The notes under the pieces: model-generated
Database searches by the model: none
Told to the model about the DNA's origin: nothing
Seen by the model: only the letters and a program-made list of their open reading frames with translations
Translations under genes and position numbers: made by a program
Assembly (NCBI GenBank): GCA_041669265.1
Contig: JBAYBM010000001.1
Location: 73,819-137,818 of the forward strand
Length of the DNA: 64,000 nucleotides
Reading direction: 5' to 3'
DNA from: Bacilli bacterium
GTDB taxonomy: Bacteria > Bacillota_I > Bacilli_A > RFN20 > CAG-826
Shown: positions 50,668 to 61,923 of the stretch, piece by piece
How positions within the stretch are numbered: the first letter of the stretch is position 1
Layout: each line of letters opens with the position of its first letter

Positions 50668-51293
50668 TGAATGAAGTAGAAAATATAGAAGCTCTTTATT
50701 TAGGTGATAATAAGGACGTTTTAAACGCAATTAATGAAAAAACTAGTTGGATTTTTAAAACTTTTTATGTACCTTATGATTCAGCGAAAGATTCATTTTA
50801 TGCTGTTATTGATTCAATTAACAAAAAATCGATTTTGTTTGGCGATGTTAGTTTTGATTCAAGTTTGTTTGATGACAAAACCAATAATATTTTAAAAGAA
50901 ATATCAAAGATATATTGTGAAATTAAGCTTTATGACAAAATTGATGCAGGATTTGCAGGGGATTTTTATATTGAATACGATTTTACTAAAATGTCTTTAA
51001 GAAATTACCAAGATTTAGTTGCTAATTTTTATCATCTAATTGCCTTAAAAGATTTAAATATAAATTATAAGGATTTACAAGATTCAGTCCTTGATCAAAT
51101 GAAATGTTTAATAGCTGGAAGTTGTGAATATTCAAAAATCATTCTATCTAGAAATAATGTCAATAACTTTCTATACAATGCTAATGTATGTTCAAAAATT
51201 TATTATAAAAAAACAATTAATCCAAAAATTTATAATTCAATAAAGGAAATATGTAATAGAATAGGTATAGAACTAGTTGAAATGGAGGGGTGA
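50667..51293 (+). CDS. hypothetical protein (208 aa), translationally coupled to addA
   Basis: The ATG overlaps the addA stop (TAATG). It has no TM segment, signal peptide or motif I recognise. Confidence 0.6.
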   Translation: MNEVENIEALYLGDNKDVLNAINEKTSWIFKTFYVPYDSAKDSFYAVIDSINKKSILFGDVSFDSSLFDDKTNNILKEISKIYCEIKLYDKIDAGFAGDFYIEYDFTKMSLRNYQDLVANFYHLIALKDLNINYKDLQDSVLDQMKCLIAGSCEYSKIILSRNNVNNFLYNANVCSKIYYKKTINPKIYNSIKEICNRIGIELVEMEG

Positions 51294-51295
51294 AA

Positions 51296-52456
51296 ATGAA
51301 ACTTGAAGCATTAAAAATTGATGTTTTTAAAAAACTTTTAAAAGATTTAAATGTTCCCGATACTGTTGATGTTGAATATTTATATGAAATTTATGATGCA
51401 GTTTTGGGTGGAATAAGTCAAATTAGCGATTTTGCTACAAATTATCAATTTCAACCTGTAAATCATGTTGTTGTTATTTTATATATTGTTAATGAATACA
51501 TGTATGGGGTAAATTTATTAGACAAAGATAAAAGAGAGTCTTTTCAAAATGATGAAAAGTTATCAAGTGGTCTAGCTTCCATTTGCTGCGACAAATACTT
51601 AACAAATGAGCAATTAAATTATAAAAGTAGTGCTTTCTTAAACAGATTTAATCCTCAAATATCTACTTTAAATTTGTACTTAAATTTTTGCTTAACTACT
51701 TTACAAAAGATGGACATTCCAAACAAGTCTCTTGAACTAATTAAATCTATGCTCTTTAAAGCTTTTTCAATGAGCAAATGTATCATTGAATTATTATTAA
51801 ATGGTTTTGAAACAGAAGCATTCTCAACTTGGAGAACTCTTCATGAAAATGAGTCAATATTAGGATGTTTGGTTAAATATGGAAAACCTATGTTTGACGA
51901 ATACTTTAAACATATTACATATGCACTTGCCTATCGTCATCAAATCACTCCAGTTACTGAGCAAGATAAAGTATTTGAGCAAATAAAAACTGAAATGAGA
52001 GCTCATGATTTAAAAAGTAAAGACATGAAAAAATTTATAGAATATGGATATTTATATGCTGTTCCAGATTTTACTGAAAAAGGATATAAACTTAATTTTA
52101 GAGATGGCGTAGAAAAAGTATGTGGTCTTGGAAGTTATTCAAAGCTTTATGAAATGAGCAGTGAAATTGCCCATTCCTCCCCATTACTTTTATTTTCTCA
52201 AAGAGAATATTTCTTTAATTTAACATTAATAAATTTATATGAAACTTTCTTTAGAATTGAAAGCTTGTTTGCTCAATATTTTAATATTTATTCTAAGCCA
52301 GAAGAAGTTTCTCGTTATAAACAACTAAAAACAATTTATATGCAACAAATTGAAACAGTATATAAAAATATTAAAAATAAATTCTTATCTCAATATGCAC
52401 AAAAAATGACGGAAGAGCAAAAGCAAGGAGAAACTAAAGAAGAAGTTTCTGATTAA
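51296..52456 (+). CDS. hypothetical protein (386 aa), probably all-alpha
   Basis: ATG 51296 follows GGAGGGG, and the upstream TGA stop lies between the SD and the ATG. It has no motif I recognise. Notable strings are WRTLHENESIL and SSEIAHSSP. Confidence 0.6.
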   Translation: MKLEALKIDVFKKLLKDLNVPDTVDVEYLYEIYDAVLGGISQISDFATNYQFQPVNHVVVILYIVNEYMYGVNLLDKDKRESFQNDEKLSSGLASICCDKYLTNEQLNYKSSAFLNRFNPQISTLNLYLNFCLTTLQKMDIPNKSLELIKSMLFKAFSMSKCIIELLLNGFETEAFSTWRTLHENESILGCLVKYGKPMFDEYFKHITYALAYRHQITPVTEQDKVFEQIKTEMRAHDLKSKDMKKFIEYGYLYAVPDFTEKGYKLNFRDGVEKVCGLGSYSKLYEMSSEIAHSSPLLLFSQREYFFNLTLINLYETFFRIESLFAQYFNIYSKPEEVSRYKQLKTIYMQQIETVYKNIKNKFLSQYAQKMTEEQKQGETKEEVSD

Positions 52457-54084
52457 TATGAACTCCCACCAATAAATTCATGTAATAATGAATTGCATGG
52501 TACAAATTTTGGATCAATATCTTTAAAATATTTTAATAATCTAATTAATCTTTCAGCATCTGGAAAATATTTTGAGTCTTTTGAAATAGATTTTAATAGT
52601 GGAAGAGCATATCTCTTCATTACGCATAATTCATAATTTAAAAAGCTATCGAAAACATAGTTAGCATCTTCTTGAGTACTATAAATCCATTTAAATTCGC
52701 CTTTTCTAACGCTTCTCCACATAGATAATGTTTCTTCAGCAGAGCTACTTCTAAATTGATTATCACGAACAATTCTTCTTAATAATCTTACATCGCTCAT
52801 AGAAATTGGGTTTTCATTATCAAGGTTAATTTGGACTTGAGGAGAAATAAAAATCTTGAATTTATTATGCTTTGGAATTAAGGAAGTCATTTGTTCATTT
52901 AAAGCATGAATGCCTTCAACAATAATTGGATCTTTAGGACCGATTTGAATTGATCTTCCAACAACTCTTTCATTTTTCTTGAAATTAAATTTTGGTAAAT
53001 CTACTTTTTTACCATTTAACAAATCTAACATGTTTTGCATAAATAGTTTCTTATCTAAACTATCAATTGTTTCAAAGTCTTTCTCTCCATTTTCATCAAG
53101 TGGAACTAAATCTTTATCTAAATAATAATCATCTAAAGAAATACGAATAGGATTAATCCCTCTAGATTTAAGTTCATCAACTAATCTATTAGCAAATGTA
53201 GTTTTTCCGCTACTTGAAGGGCCCGCAATACAAATTAAACGAACACTGTCGATTTTGTTTTCAATAATATTTCCTAATTCTACAAGCATTCTATAATGTT
53301 TATCTTCACAAATATTAATTAAATTATTTGCAGTTGGAGTGGTAATTTGTGTATTAATTTCAGCAACTGAACTTAAATGAACTTTATTTGACCATTCATA
53401 AGAATTGAATAAGGCATTAGAAAAAACTGTTTCCTCTTTATAAGGAGGAATTTGACCATCATATTCAGCTCTAGGATATGAAATTAAAATTCCAGGAGAA
53501 TATGTTCTTAATTTAAATAGTTTTAAATATCCAGTTGATGGAACCATTCTTCCAAACATGTAATTTAAGTAGCCATTACAATTATAAAAATGAACAGTTT
53601 TTTCTGGACGATATTGTAAAATTTCAATTTTATCTGTTAATTTATATCCCTCATAAATTTTCTTAGCATCATCATTTGGTACAATCATTTTAACAAATGG
53701 AAAATCTTCTTTAACTAATTCTTGCATTTTATTTTCTATTGCTTCAGTCATTTCTTCTGACATTGGCTCATGATTTGAAATCTCTTGTGCATATAAGCAT
53801 CTTGAGAATGAATATGAAATTTTAAATCTATATTTTGGATATACTAAATGGGCAGCCATAAGGAATAAAAATACAACTGAACGACGATATGTGCCAATAG
53901 CACAACTGTTTTTTAATGTTAAAAAAGTAACATTTGCATCGTAATAAACTTCATAATTTAACTCTCTTACTTGGTTATTAACTTTAGCACAAATATAATC
54001 TTCATTACCTTCTGTTAAATCTACGAGTTTAACCTTCTTTTCAAAAGAAAACTCCTTATTGTTTATCTTTACTTTAAATGACAT
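52453..54084 (-). CDS. uridine/nucleoside kinase family protein with N-terminal TGS and ThrRS-like additional domain
   Basis: 543 aa with the P-loop IAGPSSSGKTTFANRL in a PRK/uridine-kinase-like C-terminal half, and an N-terminal TGS-like beta-grasp. This long architecture is common in clostridia. Confidence 0.75.
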   Translation of the reverse strand: MSFKVKINNKEFSFEKKVKLVDLTEGNEDYICAKVNNQVRELNYEVYYDANVTFLTLKNSCAIGTYRRSVVFLFLMAAHLVYPKYRFKISYSFSRCLYAQEISNHEPMSEEMTEAIENKMQELVKEDFPFVKMIVPNDDAKKIYEGYKLTDKIEILQYRPEKTVHFYNCNGYLNYMFGRMVPSTGYLKLFKLRTYSPGILISYPRAEYDGQIPPYKEETVFSNALFNSYEWSNKVHLSSVAEINTQITTPTANNLINICEDKHYRMLVELGNIIENKIDSVRLICIAGPSSSGKTTFANRLVDELKSRGINPIRISLDDYYLDKDLVPLDENGEKDFETIDSLDKKLFMQNMLDLLNGKKVDLPKFNFKKNERVVGRSIQIGPKDPIIVEGIHALNEQMTSLIPKHNKFKIFISPQVQINLDNENPISMSDVRLLRRIVRDNQFRSSSAEETLSMWRSVRKGEFKWIYSTQEDANYVFDSFLNYELCVMKRYALPLLKSISKDSKYFPDAERLIRLLKYFKDIDPKFVPCNSLLHEFIGGSSY

Positions 54085-54210
54085 ATTAACACCTCTTTTA
54101 GTAATTAAAATGATAACATATTTATAGCTACATTTAAATAAAAAAATAGAAGCGAAGATTTGTGCTAAAAAGACTTTAAAAAAAAGGGTAATATTGCTAC
54201 AATTTTATAT

Positions 54211-55101
54211 ATGGTTTTAACTGCAAATGATTGGAATGGCTATTGGGAATCCCTATGGCAAAACATAACAAAATTTTGGTTAGGTGATATTGGAAATGGT
54301 GACACTTCTGGATATATCTATAAGTTTGGTGCTGCATTAATTGTTCTTGTTTTAGGATTTATTCTTATAAAAGTAATTTGTTTTGGTTTAAGAAAAGCTT
54401 TTAGATTAGATAAAAAGAAAACAAAAGAAAGAACTGCAAAGAACTTTACTTTAAGTGTTATAAAATTTGTATTAAATATTTTACTATTATTATGGATTTT
54501 AAGTATTCTTGGTGCAGATTTAACTGGTTTATCTACAATATTCTCTAGTGCTATTTTAGCTGTTGGATTATCACTACAAGATGTTGTTGGAAACTTTGCA
54601 AGTGGCATTATTATATTAAGTAGCAAACCATTTGTTGCTGGTGATTATGTTTCTATTAAAGATGCTGGAGATGGCACGGTAACTGATGTTCGTTTTCTTG
54701 CTACTTATTTAAAAACTATTGATGGTCAAGTAGTAATTATTCCAAATAAAACTATTACAAATGGTGTAATCATTAATTATTCAACTGAACCTGTAAGAAG
54801 ATTGGTTTTAAATGTAACTGTTTCTTATGAAGCTGATATAAGTAAAGTTAAAAAGATATTAACTAATGTTATTAAAACAGATAAAAGAGTTTTAAAAGAT
54901 CCTGAAGTTTGTTGTGTTGTTGATTCAATGGATACTAGTGGAGTTAATGTTTCATTAAGATGCTATGTTCCAAATGCTGTTTATTGGGATATGATTTATT
55001 CTTTTAATGAAAACTTAGTTAATGAGCTTAATAAAACTAAAATTTATCCACAAATTAAAAAAGTCGAAGTTGTTCAAGACTTTGAGAGGAAAAAGAAATG
55101 A
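54211..55101 (+). CDS. small-conductance mechanosensitive channel (MscS family)
   Basis: 296 aa with 3 TM helices followed by the MscS pore/beta-domain pattern (LQDVVGNFASGIIILSSKPFVAGDYV ... VIIPNKTITNGVIINYS). Confidence 0.85.
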   Translation: MVLTANDWNGYWESLWQNITKFWLGDIGNGDTSGYIYKFGAALIVLVLGFILIKVICFGLRKAFRLDKKKTKERTAKNFTLSVIKFVLNILLLLWILSILGADLTGLSTIFSSAILAVGLSLQDVVGNFASGIIILSSKPFVAGDYVSIKDAGDGTVTDVRFLATYLKTIDGQVVIIPNKTITNGVIINYSTEPVRRLVLNVTVSYEADISKVKKILTNVIKTDKRVLKDPEVCCVVDSMDTSGVNVSLRCYVPNAVYWDMIYSFNENLVNELNKTKIYPQIKKVEVVQDFERKKK

Positions 55102-55511
55102 AATTCTTACAAAAGAATTCACATGTTTTGATTACCTACTTAGTTATTTGTGCCATTTTAATTGGTATTTCTTGTGTTGGATTTATTTATAATACTTGGG
55201 AAGTTACTGTTATTCTTGGAATTGGTACTTTTTTTGATTTATTTTATTTAATTTTGGTTACAAAATTTGGTAGTAGTGAAACCTCAAAATATAAATTAAG
55301 CGATGGAAAAAATTTATTAATTTTTACATCTCTTAAAATATTAAAAGAGATTCTTGATTTAGGTAGTTGCGCATTGCTCATTTTTCTTGTTAAAAATAGT
55401 TATTATGAAGGAAATGATTTGAGATATTTATATTTATTTTTTGTTTTGGTTCCTCATTTTGTTTCTGTTTTATTATTTTATCTATCAAGTAAGGCGCAAA
55501 CTGACAATTAA
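55098..55511 (+). CDS. atpI: AtpI-like small membrane protein
   Basis: 137 aa with about 4 TM helices, directly upstream of atpB. Its ATG overlaps the mscS stop (ATGA). The assignment rests on position and topology only. Confidence 0.5.
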   Translation: MKFLQKNSHVLITYLVICAILIGISCVGFIYNTWEVTVILGIGTFFDLFYLILVTKFGSSETSKYKLSDGKNLLIFTSLKILKEILDLGSCALLIFLVKNSYYEGNDLRYLYLFFVLVPHFVSVLLFYLSSKAQTDN

Positions 55512-55513
55512 TT

Positions 55514-56281
55514 ATGAACGTATTTCTAGAATTATTTGATCCAGAAGACATGTTAACTCTTCATATAGTGCCTCAATTGGCAATGTCATTAGTTGTAATG
55601 GCAATTGTTTTAATTGGTGCAATTATTCTAGGTATTGCCTTTCGTAGAGCAGATCCCTTAAAAGAACCAAAAGGAATTGTTTTAATTGGTGTTATATATT
55701 TTAATGCGATGGAAGATTTTACAGTTTCTATTATGGGAGAAAAAAATCGTGGTTTTGCTAAATATATAATGGTTTTAGCACCTTATATATTGCTTTGTTT
55801 TCTAATTGGCTTAACTGGTTTATGGAATCCAATTACATATGTAATAGTTCCTTTTTCAGTTGCATTAGTAACATTTATTATGATTCATGTTCAAGCAGTA
55901 AAAACAAACCATTGGGGATATTTCAAACGTTATATTGATCCAATGCCTTTATTTTTACCAATTAACTTATTATCAATGTGGGCTCCATTATTATCGTTAG
56001 CTCTACGTTTATTTGGTAATGCTTTGAGCGGATTTTGTATTATGTCTATTGTTTATTTCGGTTTAGAAAATCTAGCTACTATGATAAGTGGATTTAGTGG
56101 AGCAGGTTCAATTTGGATTGCTCCAATAATTACTCCATTTTTACATTTATATTTTGATTTATTTAGTGGGTGTATTCAAACCCTAGTTTTTTGTATGTTA
56201 ACAATGATTTATATTTATCAAGAACAAAATGATGAAGATGAATCTGATGTTATAGAAGAAGCATCCTATGTTAAAGGATAG
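55514..56281 (+). CDS. atpB: F0F1 ATP synthase subunit a
   Basis: 255 aa with the essential Arg region LALRLFGNALSG. Confidence 0.9.
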   Translation: MNVFLELFDPEDMLTLHIVPQLAMSLVVMAIVLIGAIILGIAFRRADPLKEPKGIVLIGVIYFNAMEDFTVSIMGEKNRGFAKYIMVLAPYILLCFLIGLTGLWNPITYVIVPFSVALVTFIMIHVQAVKTNHWGYFKRYIDPMPLFLPINLLSMWAPLLSLALRLFGNALSGFCIMSIVYFGLENLATMISGFSGAGSIWIAPIITPFLHLYFDLFSGCIQTLVFCMLTMIYIYQEQNDEDESDVIEEASYVKG

Positions 56282-56293
56282 AAAGGATTTTTT

Positions 56294-56521
56294 ATGGACA
56301 GTACAGGATTAAAGTACATTGGAGCAGGGTTATGTATGCTTGCTACCGCAGGAAGTGCTATTGGTGAAGGTATGCTTATTGCCAAGGCTATGGAGGGTAT
56401 GAGTCGTAATCCAGAAATGTATGGAAAATTAAGAACAGGTATGATTTTAGGTTCTGCTCTTGATGAAACTACTTCAATTTACTCATTGTTAGTTGCTATT
56501 CTTTGTTTATTCGTTGGTTAA
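56294..56521 (+). CDS. atpE: F0F1 ATP synthase subunit c
   Basis: 75-aa hairpin proteolipid with the loop RNPE and an ion-binding Glu in ALDETTSIYSL. Confidence 0.92.
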   Translation: MDSTGLKYIGAGLCMLATAGSAIGEGMLIAKAMEGMSRNPEMYGKLRTGMILGSALDETTSIYSLLVAILCLFVG

Positions 56522-56551
56522 TTTTTTGGTGTACTAAAAAGGAGGAAATAC

Positions 56552-57163
56552 ATGAAAAAGAAAAATTTTAAAGTAATGTATATTTTGTTAACCTTTTTAG
56601 GTATGCTTACGCTTACTAGTTGTGATACAGAACAATTTAGTAGTGATATGCAAGACAGTATTGCACAAGCTTTTGCACTAGACCCATGGAATTTATTAAC
56701 TCAATTACTTGCTTTTGTTGTCTTAGTTATTTTAGTTATTGTATTTGGATATAAACCAGCTAAAAAATATTTAGACAAGAGAAAAGAATATATTAATGGC
56801 GAGCTTAAAAATGCTGAAGATCAAAATAAATCTGCAAAAGAAAATTTTGATAAATCTGCAAAAGAGATTGCCACTAGTCATAAAGAAGCAATGAAGATTG
56901 TTGATGATGCCAAAAATAGTGCCAATATTGAAAAAGGCAAAATTATTGATGAAGCAAATGACGAAATAGCTAAAATGAAAAACGAAGCTAGTAAATCAAT
57001 TGAACAAGAAAAAGTTAAATCTTATAACGATGTTAAAAAACATATTATTGATTTAACCATTGATGCATCAAGTAAAGTTCTTGAAAGAGAAGTAAATACT
57101 GACGACAACAAAAAACTCATTAATGACTTTGTAAATGAAGCTGATAAAAAGGACGAAAAATAA
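56552..57163 (+). CDS. atpF: F0F1 ATP synthase subunit b (with N-terminal lipoprotein-type signal)
   Basis: 203 aa with the lipobox LTSC at residues 21-24, a second TM helix (LLAFVVLVILVIVFGY) and then a long charged helix typical of subunit b. Confidence 0.85.
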   Translation: MKKKNFKVMYILLTFLGMLTLTSCDTEQFSSDMQDSIAQAFALDPWNLLTQLLAFVVLVILVIVFGYKPAKKYLDKRKEYINGELKNAEDQNKSAKENFDKSAKEIATSHKEAMKIVDDAKNSANIEKGKIIDEANDEIAKMKNEASKSIEQEKVKSYNDVKKHIIDLTIDASSKVLEREVNTDDNKKLINDFVNEADKKDEK

Positions 57164-57165
57164 AT

Positions 57166-57702
57166 ATGGATAGTTTATTTAATCGTTATGCACTTGCTTT
57201 CTTAGCGTTAGCTATCGAAAAAGATAAAGTTAGCGAATATCGTGAAGAAATTAAATCTTTATATGAAATTACTAAAGAAAATCCAGAATTAGTAAAGTTT
57301 TTGTCAACCACTAATATTGATAGTGATGAAAAGAAAAAATTTATAGATAAGAATTTTGTTAGTTATAGTAGCGACACAATTGATTACTTGAAAGTGATTT
57401 TAGATAATAATCGCTGCTTCTATTTAAAGAAAATATTAAATGAAACATTATTTAGATTTGATGATCAACTTGATATTGAGCGAGGAACAATTTATTCAAC
57501 GGTTAATTTAACTATCGAAGATGTTAATAAAATTAAAGATGTTTTAGAAAAAAATATTCATAAGAAATTAGAATTAAAGACAAAAATTGACGAGTCTTTA
57601 ATAGGTGGAGTAAGAGTTGTTTTAAAAGACGATATTTATGATTTCACCATCAAAGACCGCTTAGTTTCTTTAAAAGAAACTTTGTTAAAAGGAGGAGAAT
57701 AA
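57166..57702 (+). CDS. atpH: F0F1 ATP synthase subunit delta
   Basis: 178 aa with an OSCP-like pattern ending in [22 protein letters not shown]. It is in the expected operon position. Confidence 0.88.
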   Translation: MDSLFNRYALAFLALAIEKDKVSEYREEIKSLYEITKENPELVKFLSTTNIDSDEKKKFIDKNFVSYSSDTIDYLKVILDNNRCFYLKKILNETLFRFDDQLDIERGTIYSTVNLTIEDVNKIKDVLEKNIHKKLELKTKIDESLIGGVRVVLKDDIYDFTIKDRLVSLKETLLKGGE

Positions 57703-57703
57703 T

Positions 57704-59213
57704 ATGGAAATCAAAACAAACGAGATTTCTTCTTTAATAAAAGAACAAATAAAGCAATACAAAACCAAGATTGAATACAGTAATGATGTTGGTACTGTAG
57801 TAACAATTGGAGATGGTATTTCTCTTGTTTATGGGCTAGATAATGCTATGCTTGGAGAACTTTTGTTATTCCCTCATGATATTTATGGAATGATTATGTC
57901 TCTAGAAACAGATAGTGTTGGAGTTGTTTTGTTATCTGATACTGATGAAATTATTGAAGGAGATATTGTAAAAAGAACTGGTAAGGTTGTTGAAGTTCCA
58001 GTTGGTGATGAATTATTAGGAAGAGTTGTCAATGGATTAGGTCAAGCAATTGATGGTGGAAAAGCTATTTCTGCCAAGAAAACTTCACCAATTGAAAAAA
58101 TTGCTCCATCCATTATGAAACGTAAATCTGTTTGTGAACCATTAGAAACAGGAATAAAGGTTATTGATGCTATTATTCCAATTGGTAAGGGTCAACGTGA
58201 ATTAATCATTGGTGATCGTCAAACAGGAAAAACTGCTATAGCTATTGATACAATAATTAACCAAAAAGGCAAAAACGTTAAATGTGTTTATGTTGCTATT
58301 GGTCAAAAGAATAGTAGTGTTGCTAGAATTGTTGAAAAATTAAGACAAACTGGTGCTATGGAATATACAACTATTATTAATGCTAGTGCTAGTGAAATTG
58401 CTCCTTTATTATATATTGCTCCTTATTCAGGGATGACTATTGCTGAAGAATGGATGAATAATGGTGATGATGTACTTATTGTTTTTGATGATTTATCAAA
58501 ACATGCTGTCGCTTATCGTACATTATCATTATTATTAAGAAGATCTCCAGGAAGAGAAGCTTACCCTGGCGATATTTTCTATTTACACTCAAGATTATTA
58601 GAGAGAGCTTGTAAATTAGATCCAAAATATGGTGGAAGTATCACCGCTTTACCAATCGTTGAAACATTAGCTGGAGATATTAGTGCTTATATTCCAACAA
58701 ATGTTATTTCTATTACTGATGGACAAATTTTCTTATCTACCGATTTATTTAATGGTGGACAACGTCCTGCTATTGATACTGGTTTATCTGTATCACGTGT
58801 TGGAAGTGCCGCCCAATATAAAGTAATTAAAAAAGTTAGTAGTTCTTTAAAAATGAAATTAGCAAGTTTTAGAGAATTGCAATCATTCTCTCAATTTGGT
58901 AGCGATCTTGATGAAGATACTAAAAAGACAATTAATCATGGTGAAGTTTTAATGGAAGTATTAAAACAAGAACAATATGATCCTTTTAGTGTAGACCATC
59001 AAGCTATTGAAATATTCACGGCAAAAGAGGGCTCAATTGATGATATTGGTATTGAAAATATACGTCCATTCCTTGATGAATTATATGAATATGTTAAGAA
59101 ATTTAATCCTGAAATTATAAAACAAATTATAGCTACTAAAGATATTAAAAAGCCTGAAAGAGATCATTTTAGGGAAGTCATTGCTAAGTTTAAGAAAGAG
59201 TATTTAATTAATC

Positions 59214-59230
<17 letters not shown>
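57704..59230 (+). CDS. atpA: F0F1 ATP synthase subunit alpha
   Basis: 508 aa with Walker [25 protein letters not shown] and ITDGQIFL. Confidence 0.96.
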
Positions 59231-61913
<2,683 letters not shown>

Positions 61914-61923
61914 GGGGAGCTAT

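Noticed and set aside
52453-52456. The 4-nt overlap of convergent stop codons (386-aa unknown gene and the kinase gene) as a regulatory feature
   Set aside because: TTAA-type convergent stop overlaps are common in compact AT-rich genomes. There is no hairpin or other structure to interpret.
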